From positions 26,412,001-26,476,000 of the forward strand of contig NC_047025.1 of the NCBI RefSeq assembly GCF_902652985.1: a stretch of 64,000 bases of DNA, given 5' to 3'. Each line of letters starts with the position of its first letter. Within the stretch, counting starts at the first letter, position 1. This stretch comes from Pecten maximus (Eukaryota). Below, piece after piece: positions 49,701 through 62,688 of this stretch. Position numbers and translations under genes: made by a program. Below the pieces are notes generated by a model. It saw only the letters and a program-made list of their open reading frames with translations, did no database searches and was not told the DNA's origin.

Positions 49701-52080
49701 CTAAACAGAGGCCGCTATGGGAACCAGGTGTGTTAGCAGGTCAACACGGTCTTTGTTGGATTTTCCATTTATAATATAACAGTGTGGGTTATACTAGTAT
49801 TTATAATCTAAGTTCATTATGTTTATCGAATGCAAAGAAGAACAATTTAGTTTTTTTATCTTAGGTATTTTATGGTAGTATTTGTAAAAAGATATATGAA
49901 AAACAATATCCATTTGTTTCCGAGGAGTTCTTTTACATAAATAAATGATGCAATCTTAACACTAGAAGAACCAAAGCTTAATAACAGACAGAAACTAAGA
50001 GAGAGAAAAATAAGACATAAAACATTAATTAACTGATCAAGAAATCAATACTACTAAAAAGATACGTATGTATCGATGGAAATAGATACTTTATTTATTA
50101 TGAAGTTGTTACGATGTAATACTGATATTTTTCAACAGGAACAAAGCATGGCTACCACCCATTTACATTCGCTATGTATTTGGACCAAATTGTGAAGAGG
50201 GTGGATCCGAAGGGGCGTAGCCTCTCCCAATACTTCCATGAGGAGATGGCCAAACCGTTCGGTGAGGTTTCGACATTTCCAATTTAACATTCCATAATAC
50301 ATCAATACTATCAACTATCGCCAATTGCTAGCGATAAGAACTCCTTAAAACAACGTTATTTCATTGAGTCATCGGAATGTTGAATTGTGTTTTGTAGATA
50401 AGTTGTGAATGAAATATATAATAAAACATGAAGTTGATGTGTGCCGCTCTTGATCGGACATCGGGGTATTGACAGTTCATGTTAATGTAACGTTGGTGTT
50501 AATTACACTCTAATTATTATACCTTAGCAGAATACTTGATATGACCAAATGAAATACCTGGTAGGATCACCGTGCTGAAGAACGCTACATTATAAAATTG
50601 ACGATTCGATCTGCATACTTAATCATAACAAATGTATAAACATGTATTACAGATATCGAATTTTATATCGGGCTCCCCAAGGAGCTGTTCTACAGAGCTC
50701 CTCGTGTTGCCATGATAGGAAACGTAGATGAGGAAGAGATCAGAAAACGGATGCATGGAGGTGATCCGGAATTAACAAACATAGTCAATATGACTGTCAC
50801 AGATATGTCGGTAAGTATTCGGTGGACCTTAAAATATTGCAATGCTGGTCAAATACACTCGTACATCATAAATTTGGCCAGGTCAACCTGATATTGGGCA
50901 ATACTCGGCCTTGATGTGCCCAATTATGAGAATTACTGTAATCACAAGTTATAACTTTACATTTGATAAAAAAAACTTTTCAGAATCAATTTTAAAATCT
51001 AAAACGACCAAAATAAATTTTAAGCATAGCAAAGACATTCAGAAAAAAAATTATCATTTGATATACTTAAATACAATTTCATCCCTTGTCAACGCATTGT
51101 ACATGGTTAAATGTTCGTTTACATATGATTCACCCTCCAAAACTACCATAAAAGAAAAAAATGTTCAAAATATAATATTGTAATTTGGTTTTTATGTTGT
51201 GTATGGGCAGCATACTAATAACCCATATATAAGAGAGGTTCCATTGGGGTCAGCGTTGGGACACGGGACTGCTGCCTCCCTCGCTAAATTCCATGGTATC
51301 CTAGCTAATGGGGGAGTTCATAACGGCAAGAGACTGTTGTCAGAGGAGGCTATTCAAAGACAGCTGGTGCCCAAGTCCTGTGGAAAAGATGTGGTCTATG
51401 GCTTCGACTTCATGTTTAGTCTTGGTACCATGGTACTAGCTTCGGCGGACGATGATAAACTAGTAAGTATTGTCATTATCTGTAATAATTCAACCATGTT
51501 TATGTAGTCTCTTTTTCTCGGTGCAATGTTTTATCAACCATTTTATATTTTAAATGTTGTGACGGCTCTTAAGGCAATGCATTTTTTTCCTTAAATACAT
51601 GAAAATAACACTAGTGTCGGAGTGTTAAGTCCGCCTAACAGAAGTTAGTTATATCAGTTATCTATAATAATAATACTTTAAAACAAACTATTTTAAACTA
51701 AAGTAAATTTTGCTTTACCAACTGGGTGGGGACATGCACACGATGCACGTTTTTATAAGATAGGATGCGTAAATATTTACCAATGCGACACTCATTTAGT
51801 TCATTATTTGTTTAATAACCATTCCTTAACTTTTCAGCCTGTATTTTCCTTTGGACATGTCGGACATGGAGGACAAATGGCCATAGCAGATCCTACCCAC
51901 AAGATCGGCTTTGCATACGCGACCAATCATCTAAACCCAGATTTGACGGAAGATAATCGATGGAAGACCCTTTATGATGTCCTGTATGAATGTGTCTACA
52001 AGATAAAGAATATATCAGCCAAAAGGACACTCTTACAGAATTACAGCCAATTGAAAGAAGCTCAGAACTTGCAAACATAA
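46716..52080 (+). CDS. Beta-lactamase domain-containing protein (LACT-2-like), copy C, 417 aa
   Basis: Exons 46716-46795, 48345-48536, 49395-49494, 49622-49727, 50139-50261, 50653-50810, 51211-51462, 51838-52080; GT-AG, in frame, 1254 nt. Motifs YSSTK, HGYH, SFGHVGHGG. Confidence 0.92.
48501..49040 (+). repeat. 49-bp minisatellite (11 copies) spanning the exon 2 end and donor of copy C
   Basis: Unit GTATTATAGCTATTCCCTCAACCATCGTTATAGCACACCTTGTTGACAG; junctions run from 48536 to 49026 (10 x 49). Confidence 0.95.
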
Positions 52081-53710
52081 TAAAGTTTCAATTCAATACT
52101 GATGTTTAGTCTTAATCATTTAAACACATTGTTATATTATCCTTAACCAACGTAAGTTAATCGTAAACTACGTGTATATTGTCTGTTTACATTAATAAAA
52201 CAGCAATGTTACCATCCCTTAAATTGTAAAACAGGTCATTTTCCATTCATTATGTGTATGTCCATAATAAACCTTCGACTTATCCATTGAATATTTTAAC
52301 AAAGAAAGTAACCTGGTTTGTATTTTTGCAAGCATTAACTTTTTCAGAAAGTATACATTTGTCCGTGGTGTAGTAAATAAGACACAATATAAGGTAAAGT
52401 TGTATAATTACCTGGAATAGTGAGCGGATGACACATGGCAAACAAACCTTTGTATGCTGCACCATCGGGATATTCGTTTTTATATTTACAGTATATTTTC
52501 TCTTTATGGACTCATACTTTCAATATTTTAATAATCAGATCTATATACTGATACAAACTTGTATATCAGGTATATATACGTCTCTGTACAAACGTTATCA
52601 ATGAGATGCATACCAATGTAATACACAAAAAAGGATATGTATATTTGAGCATGGAAGCATCAACATCTTACAAGGGTTAAGACCAGAATGTTTTTATGTT
52701 CTCATTACACCCCATATAAAAAATAAAATTCATCATACAGATGGTTTGAGAATAGTCGTCTGCAGTTTGATTTCAAAACCAAGAAAGAATACCGACACAT
52801 CAATTTATCCATGATTAAACCAAAATAGATTTTAAAAAAAAATCAAATCTCAAATATGAGTTAGGGTTTTGACAACAAAACCTCTTGGAATACAAACAAG
52901 CATCAAACACGTTTGCCTTCATATCACATGTGGAATAAGATTATGGCGTTGACCATTAAACGTCCCCATGGTCTCAATCAACATGCATCGCTCGAACCTT
53001 GTATTGTTAATGTTGCCGTCAGTAGTCGGTATCTGACACAGAAAACGTGATAATGAGAACAAACCCTTAAATATCAAATCAGCTGACACATGTAAACAAA
53101 AGGAAGGGAATGCAGGGGTTTGGCTATGTAGAAATGGAATGATACAGCTTAGTTGTATGCTGTATAAAAGTCGACAGCTTCACTAATCTATGTCATCGGA
53201 CTGTCCCACACGACGTACATGTTACTGTCTCTATGGTTGACATATAGTTATCAGTATTAGAATGTGCTTGAGTGAATTAAAACATAAGTTATGCATAGCT
53301 TCCCGACTAACGTGTACGCGTAATTTCTGCAACACCGTGTCAGTTGGGGGGTTGTCTCCCCTGAAATGTTGGGTTCAATCGTCTATAACGAGAATCGGCT
53401 ATAACGAGAGAAATTTTAATAGTTCACTCGACCTCGTTATAATTATGTGGAGTTTGCTGTACTCGTATTATCGATAATACATGTGGCATGTGCACTATTA
53501 ATTCATGATGTTTGTTCAAAACAAAAACATAGTAATGAGGTTAAAGACGATTTCCTCCGGTGTGTTGTTTCAGCCCAAGGTAAATGGACATTAAATGCAT
53601 AATCAGGGATTTGCCTGATAAAATGTTCATAGTCCATAGTTGATACATATTATCAGTAAACATGCACGCGACTAGTGTTCGGCGTATCAGTTATCTACCG
53701 AGGGCTAAAG

Positions 53711-56700
53711 ATGACTGACGTCACATCAGTACCGCCTTACGTTGACGGATTCGTCAAAGATGGTTTTGAGAAAGTCAGAGACGTGTTCAGGTATACAAAA
53801 TTTGATATGTTTAAAAATAATGAAGTTCTCTATTTTACAATTTGAATAAGGAAATTCATGTAGACACTTTTGACGGTGTGCATACCCAGATAACATATAT
53901 GCTCTGATAAATGTAACTGAAATGTTGAACTATGTTTACGTGAAATATACATATAATGTAGATTTCTTTTGATGTGTTTAACTCGTTCTATTGTGTTCAT
54001 TTTATTTAGCAATACATAATTAAATTTCAAGAAAATAAAACAGAGTTGCTATTCTGTTTGTTTGGAATATTTCAGTATTCAGTATATATACTTTCTTTGA
54101 ACATCACACTTTCCTCATTATCGCATAGCAGATGTGTCAATCAGTGAATAACACTCATTTGACTCTAAACGTCACCTAATGCCTTCCATATTAGGAATTC
54201 AAGGTATTTGGAGGAATCCTATACCTGTTCATCAATCACATTTGAAATGAAAAATCTTGGTAAAAATCCCCTGATATTAGACTAGTTATGGTACTTTATT
54301 ATGGATATTTGAATATAGCTACATCCAACTCTTTTACCTTAAATGAATTTTGTTATATCAAAGATCCTGTTAAACTCGAACGAAAATTCAGCTCCTATAA
54401 CATATAATTTTATAAAGTATATAAGGTAAACTCGAATGCTCGTGATATCTCGAAGTTGTTTTTCCTGGCCCCAGTGAGATCGAGGTAACGAGGTTCCACT
54501 ACACTGAATCACCAAGTGGTGAACATTCCGATAATTGACCTACTCCTTTCGATCTGAATTTGCATTTGTTAACAACTAAGACCTACCGCCTATGGAGTTG
54601 TTTAATTGTATAAACATTTCTGTGCTAGCACATCGGAAGGTCGATGGACATAATCAGTGCCCTTAAATAAAAAATATCATCTAGCTGTTAGATCAATAAC
54701 GATAAATCTAACCCCGTCTAGAAACATGGGCACGTTAATGAAAGATACTGTTGTTATCTACCACGTAGGTCTGACGACGCATTACCTGGAGTGGTAAGAT
54801 TGAACGCTGGAGATAGTCATTCTTAATAGCCAATGAAACGAAACTCGCTTATTAATTAAACACATATCCAGTAGTTGATTGTTTGAGGAAATAAATGATA
54901 ACAATGCATGTTAATGAGGCTATCTTGTCATTTTAACCTGAACTTAATGCAGATTTGATCCTTAAACCAAAATATCAACGCAATAAACACTATTTGAATA
55001 GTTTTACATGTATACCCTAACTATTTGAGAAACTCAAACCAATATTAAATCGTCGAGGAAATGTTTGTATATATTTTTCATTAGTGTCTTCGGGGAAGTT
55101 ATCTAGTTATGTTTCAAATCGATAACAATTTGTCGTCACCTATTAAAGGATAGAAAAATACATGCTAATGAAGCTATAAGATATTTTCAGAGCCAATTTA
55201 GAGAATGGTTCTGATGAAGGAAGTTCGGTAGCTGTTTACTATGAAGGAGAGTTGGTGGTAAACTTGTGGGGAGGCTGGGTTGACAAGGAATCAGGATGGA
55301 AATGGAGAGAGGATACCATGCCGTGTTTCTACTCTTCTACAAAGAGTCCTTCAGCCATCGTTATAGCACACCTTGTAGACAGGTATTATAGCTAATCCCT
55401 CACCATCGTTATAGCACACCTTGTTGACAGGTATTATAGCTATTCCCTCAACCATCGTTATAACACACCTTGTTGACAGGTATTATAGCTATTCCCTCAA
55501 CCATCGTGATAGCACACCTTGTTGACAGGTATTATAGCTATTCCCTCAACCATCGTAATAGCACACCTTGTTGACAGGTATTATAGCTATTCCTTTAGCC
55601 CTCATTATAGCACACCTTGTTGACAGGTATTATAGCTATTCCCTCAACCATCGTTATAACACACCTTGTGGACAGGTATTATAGCTATTCCCTCAACCAT
55701 CGTTACAGCACAACTTGTGGACAGGTAGTATAGCTATTCCCTCAACCATCGTTATAGCACACCTTGTTGACAGGTATTATAGCTATTCCCTCAACCATCG
55801 TTATAACACACCTTGTTGACAGGTATTATAGCTATGCCCTCAACCATCGTTACAGCACAACTTGTGGACAGGTATTATAGCTATTCCCTCAGCCATCGTT
55901 ATAGCACACCTTGTTGACAGGTATTATAGCTATTCCCTCAACCATCGTTATAGCACACCTTGTGGACAGGTATTATAGCTATTCCCTCAACCATCGTTAT
56001 AGCACAACTTGTGGACAGGTATTATAGCTATTCCCTCAACCATCGTTATAACACACCTTGTTGACAGGTATTATAGCTATTCCCTCAACTATCGTGATAG
56101 CACACCTTGTTGACAGGTATTATAGCTATTCCCTCAACCATCGTAATAGCACACCTTGTTGACAGGTATTATAGCTATTCCCTCAACCATCGTTATAGCA
56201 CACCTTGTTGACAGGTGTTATAGCTATTCCCTCAACCATCGTTATAACACACCTTGTGGACAGGTATTATAGCTATTCCCTCAACCATCGTTACAGCACA
56301 ACTTGTGGACAGGTAGTATAGCTATTCCCTCAACCGTCGTTATAGCACACCTTGTTGACAGGTATTATAGCTATTCCCTCAACCATCGTTATAACACACC
56401 TTGTTGATAGGTATTATAGCTATGCTCTCAACCATCGTTACAGCACACCTTGTGGACAGGTATTATAGCTATTCCCTCAGCCATCGTTATAGCACACCTT
56501 GTTGACAGGTATTATAGCTATTCCCTCAACCATCGTTATAACACACCTTGTTGATAGGTATTATAGCTATTCCCTCAACCATCGTTACAGCACAACTTGT
56601 GGACAGGTATTATAGCTATTCCCTCAGCCATCGTTATAGCACACCTTGTTGACAGGTATCATAGCTATTCCCTCAACCATCGTTATAGCACACCTTGTGG

Positions 56701-59700
56701 ACAGGTATTATAGCTATTCCCTCAACCATCGTTATAGCACAACTTGTGGACAGTTATATTACACAACTTCTTGACAGGTATTATAGCTACTCCTTCAGTC
56801 CTCATTATAACACACCTTGTAGACAGGTATTATAGCTATTCCCTCAAACATCGTTATAGCACACCTTGTTGACAGGTATTATAGCTATTCTTTCAGTCCT
56901 CGATATAGCACGGCCTGTGGACAGGTGTTTTTTTAACCTCTTAACTCCCAGCATTGTTCAATGAAATGAAAATATATTTTTTTGTTTCAATATGATTTTG
57001 TGCTTCTTTGCTTTAAAAGTGTGAGTGAGCAACCCTTCTTTATATGTATTGATCAACTGATGTATTGATCAACTGAAAGTCAGAAAAACGATTTTTTTTT
57101 CAAAACAGAAACAATAATACTAAAACTTTTTGTCAAGTTAAATCTTGATTGCATCAATGGTTGATGGATATTTGCACCTGTATCACAATGTAATCAGTTA
57201 CTAAATATTTCCAACAATAGAGTAGGCATTTTAAAACATTGACTGAAACCTCCTAATTTGTAATTAGATAATTAAAGATGCCTGACTTCTATCGACAATT
57301 TTAATGTTCGAACATTTGGAGACCTTCACAATAAGATATACCTGTCTTGTTTTATAGAGGACTTCTAGACTACAAAGAAAAGATAGCCACATATTGGCCA
57401 GAGTTTGGTCAGAACGGCAAGGAGGATATAACTCTGGAAACTTACATCACCAACAAGGTTAAGATTGTCTTTTATTAACTTACAATATTAGAATTACACA
57501 AAACATCCACTTAATGAAACACGTACTTCTTTTGGTGTCATTTTTAGTTCAATATCAAATAGAGAATACCCGCATTGTTTGTTATGTAGATATGTAGTAT
57601 ATGGGGCAGAGTTGATCGAAAGGTGATCGTATATCAATTAGGCTAATTAGTTTTAAAACAATGTTTATATCCTAGATAAATAATTTCTGGCACAAAGATC
57701 TTGACAACATTTTATGAAAATTCTGAAGCAATATTCAGTTATTCCCTACCTGCCCAATTTAAGGAATACACACACACAATGGTTTCGAAATAAAGGAGAA
57801 ATGAGATTTTCACTAATCAAGTGATTAAGCTAATCACCTTTTGAACAACCGGGCCTAGAAAGCGTAACTAGCGCGAAAATAGCACAATGCTGCAATCCTG
57901 TGCAAAAGCGTGAAAATGAGAGATCTAATAAAATATACGTTTACAGAATAGCGGTTTAAATTGTTAGAAACGATTCCCTAAAGACAATAATGCATTAAAT
58001 GTAAGAATTGTGAGGCAATTATTACGCAAAATAAAACATGCCTTTTTAAAATATCAAATTAGTGATATTGAGATACAAAATTAATTAAAAATAGCAATTA
58101 GTTATTATTTGAGACGACAATTCTATATTTTAACATAAATAGGCAGAGTTGTATACGATTCATGTTAATTGTACAAGTGTGTGGTATTGATATTGTTGAT
58201 TATATTGTCCTGGACAACACTTTTTATTGGTTGGTTCATTCTAACATGTTGTCTGTATCCTGTATTGGTGTGGTGAAGGCTGGTCTAAGCGGGAATGAAG
58301 AGCCTTTTCCTATAAGACTGATGCTTGATGACCCCAAGAAGTTTGGAGAAATCTTAGCCAAACAGAAACCCTTGTGGGAACCAGGTACGTACTAGTTTCT
58401 ACTAAACTCCTCCAGAATCATATTTTGAAATAATTGGAAGAATATATCATTTAACGAAAATAGGTCAGAAAAAACACACATTATACATTTGAAAGAGCGG
58501 GTTAATGAAATATAAAAAATAACACTACAGTAATATGTATTATCTATAACTACATTAGTGAAGATGAATTAAATCGTGATTTCAATTGGAGACTGTTCGG
58601 ATTGTCTTTTTATCAGGAACAAAGCATGGCTACCACCCGTTTACATTCGCCCTATATTTGGACCAAATTGTGAAGAGGGTGGATCCGGAGGGACGTAGTC
58701 TCTCCCAATACTTCCATGAGGAGATGGCCAAACCGTTCGGTGAGGTTTCGACATTTCTTCATGCCTTTAATATAACCTTGTAATCGTTTGAAAAGTGACA
58801 TTTGATCATTTTTGGTTAAAATAGCCCTCAGTATGAAAAAGAAAATGTAAAATTACAACTCTATGTCTGTCTCCTGAAGTGTCCATAATACAAATGTTAT
58901 GTTGCCGTACTGTTAGGGCGTAAGAATGGTGTCTGCTGCCCTGAATGCATGAAGAGGCGACTAAGGGGGATCTTATTTGTTCCTCTTCTTTCTACACAAC
59001 GTTCCTCTGTCTAAAGTTTCCCTTCACACTTCCTCACTTTTGGAGTTGAGTTAACGAAGGCTTTAGATTCTGTCCCATGACCGAGAAATACTGCCCTTTG
59101 TTAGTGCTCTGCCTGTCAGGCGTGGGACGACTGGTTCGACTTTCCGTCCTGTTAGCCTGTCTTTTTTTCATATGTAGTTATACCTATGATAAAGCTTACT
59201 ACTGCTTGGAAGCAGTATACCTCGTCTTTCTGGTCATTTGAAGCATCCCCAATCAGGTTTCCTAATAACGCACAGTAAATCGATCGAAACTTTAGGAGAA
59301 TAGGTTTGGAATTAGCAATGTTTTCTCCAATGACATTTTTTTTTTATCAAATGTCACTGACGAAAACAACAAAAGGTAATGAGAGATACATGTTAATGAA
59401 GACCATGGAGAAGTTAAATGGATAATAGTATGATCTAACCATGGAGAAGTTAAATAGATAATAGTATGATCTAACCATGGAGAAGTTAAATGGATAATAG
59501 TATGATCTATTCGGGGATTCTAGCTCCTTGTGCCAGAAGTGTTCGATGCTTGTAACCATCCTACTTGTTATTTTGAGAATGTGACTTTACCGGATTTGAC
59601 CTAGATTTGCATTGCGGCTGTCACGGATGACGTAGAAGACGCTTCCCCTTCCGGAATATGCAATGGTCTCCATGCAAATGTGTAGATTATGCTACAATAA

Positions 59701-62688
59701 TATATATCGTTCATTTTAGCTCTCATTTTTATCTATCCTGAGTTAGAATTGCGATTTCGTTTTAATTTTTGTCTTATCTGTTGATTTTTAGGGGAAAGAC
59801 ATTGTTTTTTATTAAAACATCTGCATCAATGACCATAATTTACAAATATTTTGAGGCATTATGATCATCTAACTGATCCCGTTCTTTAATTTGATGCAAC
59901 ATGATGAGCCCAACATAATTTTCATATACAGTAGTGAAATCGCATAAACGTGTCCGGGTGAAAACGTTAAGTGATACTTGTACATCGTGTCTTTCTTGTT
60001 CTAAAATACTATAAGTGAATAAGATTGATGTCATTTGTAAGCATGCGGTTTTTATGTTGATAGAATGTTTCCTTGATGTAGAAATTAGGGAAGGATTTTA
60101 TTGAATGTGAATGATTACATGTTAGGAAAGAAAGTATTTGAGGTTTCAAGAGAATACTGTTCAATTCTTATTTTTTACCAGACAGTATTGATTTTAAAGT
60201 TAAAAACTCCACACACTTCTCTCATACTGGTAAGAAATGACGAAATGCAACAAATATTAAAGTACAGCGATAACATTGAGGGGTTCTGACTTCTGAGTTC
60301 TGACAAAACTTCAAATAGCTATGTACAATGTATACTCTGAAGTTTTAACAAGTATTCATTCATTAATCTTAAACATCATTAATTTTGGATGATTTTTTAA
60401 GGAAATCCATACGGAAACCCACGAATAATTCAAGATTATCTCACTTAAATGATCATATTTAAATGTGTACGTGCTTTCCAGATGTTGAATTTTACATTGG
60501 ACTCCCCAAGGAACTATATTACAGGGCTCCTCGTGTCACCATGATGAAGTTTGACATGCAAGAAGTCATGAAGCAAATGACAGGGGATCCGGAATTGTTT
60601 AAGATTGTCAATTCGACCGTCACAGATGTACAGGTATATATTATATAGTTAGGGTCACAGACAGGTATATATTATATAGTTAGGGTCACAGACAGGTATA
60701 TATATTATATAGTTAGGGTCACAGACAGGTATACATTATATAGTTAGGGTCACAGACAGGTATATATTATATAGTTAGGGTCACAGACAGGTATACATTA
60801 TATAGCTAGGGTCACAGACAGGTATATATTATATAGTTAGGGTCACAGACAGGTATACATTATATAGTTAGGGTCACAGACAGGTATATAATTATATAGT
60901 TAGGGTCACAGACAGGTATACATTATATAGTTAGGGTCACAGATGTACAGGTATATATTATATAGTTAGGGTCACAGACAGGTATACATTATATAGTTAG
61001 GGTCACAGACAGGTATACATTATATAGTTAGGGTCACAGATGTACAGGTATACATTATATAGTTAGGGTCACAGACAGGTATACATTATATAGTTAGGGT
61101 CACAGACATGTATATATTATATAGTTAGGGTCACAGATGTACAGGTATATATTATATAGTTAGGGTCACAGACAGGTATATATTATATAGTTAGGGTCAC
61201 AGATGTACAGGTATATATTATATAGTTAGGGTCACAGACAGGTATACATTATATAGTTAGGGTCACAGACAGGTATACATTATATAGTTAGGGTCACAGA
61301 CATGTATATATTATATAGTTAGGGTCACAGATGTACAGGTATATATTATATAGTTAGGGTCACAGACAGGTATATATTATATAGTTAGGGTCACAGACAG
61401 GTATACATTATATAGTTAGGGTTACAGGTATACATTATATAGTTAGGGTCACAGACAGGTATACATTATATAGTTAGGGTCACAGACAGGTATACATTAT
61501 ATAGTCAGGGTTACAGGTATACATTATATAGTCAGGGTTACAGGTATACATTATATAGTTAGGGTTACAGGTATTTATTATATAGTTAGGGTTACAGGTA
61601 TTTATTATATAGTTAGGGTTACACGATATTGGTCCTATCACATGTCCATAAAGGTTGACTTTATTGTTCTTTTTAAATCTGTTTAACATGCTCTATCAGT
61701 CGGAAGTTAACAATAAGAGCCTTAAAAAAATATCAAAAACATAAATATATATCATACAAAACGCTAGGTATATGACTAACAGTTACGCTTCATTGGGCAT
61801 TTGATGGTCTTTAATCACCGAAACGTCAGGAATTAAAGCCTACTTCATACCGGTTGTGATATACTTACATTTCAATCATTATACGTAATCACCAACAGAA
61901 CAAAATGATTATGTTTTATGCGTACAGATGATTAACAATCCATATATAAGAGAAGTGCCCGTTGGGTCAGTCTTCGGACACGGGACAGCTGCCTCCCTCG
62001 CTAAATTCCATGGTATCCTAGCTAATGGGGGAGTTCATAACGGCAAGAGGCTGTTGTCAGAGGAGGCTATTCAAAGACAACTGGTGCCCAAGTCCTATGG
62101 CAAAGAAACAGTATATGGACTAGATTTGATGTTTAGTCTTGGAACCATGGTTATAGCGGCTGCTGACGATGGTCAACCAGTAAGTAATTCCTCTCGATTC
62201 GCCGATGTTTTTATCAGTTTACCTGCTATTAGCTTTTAATACTTAGGATGTTGTTTGAAAAATGATTTGGTATATAATCTTCCGTACAACTTAAAAGCAA
62301 ACTCAATCGACATGTTTCTGTTATGTCAAAACTTTGTTTTTAACTACAAGTGAACTTGTGTTGAACTTTTGTGTGTAATTGTGAATATTCGAACAAGAGT
62401 TAAGGAAATTCATAATGTTGTTCAATAACGATGTCCTTACCTTTTCAGCCTGTGTATTCCTTTGGACATGGCGGACTGGGAGGACAATCCGCGATGGCAG
62501 ATCCTACTCACAAGATCGGCTTTGCATACGCAACTAATCATTTGAATCTGGACCCCACTAAGGATTCGCGCTGGAAAGATCTCTATAATGCGCTGTATGA
62601 ATGTATCTATAAGATAAAGAACATATCTACCAAACGGTCGGTATTCGTCAATTACAGCGAATTGAAGGCAGCAGGCTATGACTTGTAA
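53711..62688 (+). CDS. Beta-lactamase domain-containing protein (LACT-2-like), copy D, 414 aa
   Basis: Exons 53711-53790, 55191-55382, 57358-57457, 58279-58384, 58617-58739, 60482-60633, 61928-62179, 62449-62688; GT-AG, in frame, 1245 nt. Motifs YSSTK, HGYH, SFGHGGLGG; AATAAA at ~62895. Confidence 0.92.
55347..56926 (+). repeat. 49-bp minisatellite (~32 copies) spanning the exon 2 end and donor of copy D
   Basis: Same unit as in copy C; nearly every copy keeps GACAG|GTATTA. Confidence 0.95.
59403..59508. repeat. 36-bp tandem repeat, 3 copies (CCATGGAGAAGTTAAATGGATAATAGTATGATCTAA)
   Basis: Read directly from the sequence. Confidence 0.88.
60619..61623 (+). repeat. 31-bp minisatellite (27- and 35-bp variants, ~32 copies) spanning the exon 6 end and donor of copy D
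   Basis: Unit GTATATATTATATAGTTAGGGTCACAGACAG. The 35-bp variants reproduce the true exon end GTCACAGATGTACAG|GTATAT exactly. Confidence 0.95.

Noticed and set aside
30372-62688. Antibiotic-resistance beta-lactamases or bacterial contamination
   Set aside because: The genes have seven spliceosomal introns and belong to an animal serine-hydrolase family; the fold alone does not imply beta-lactam hydrolysis.
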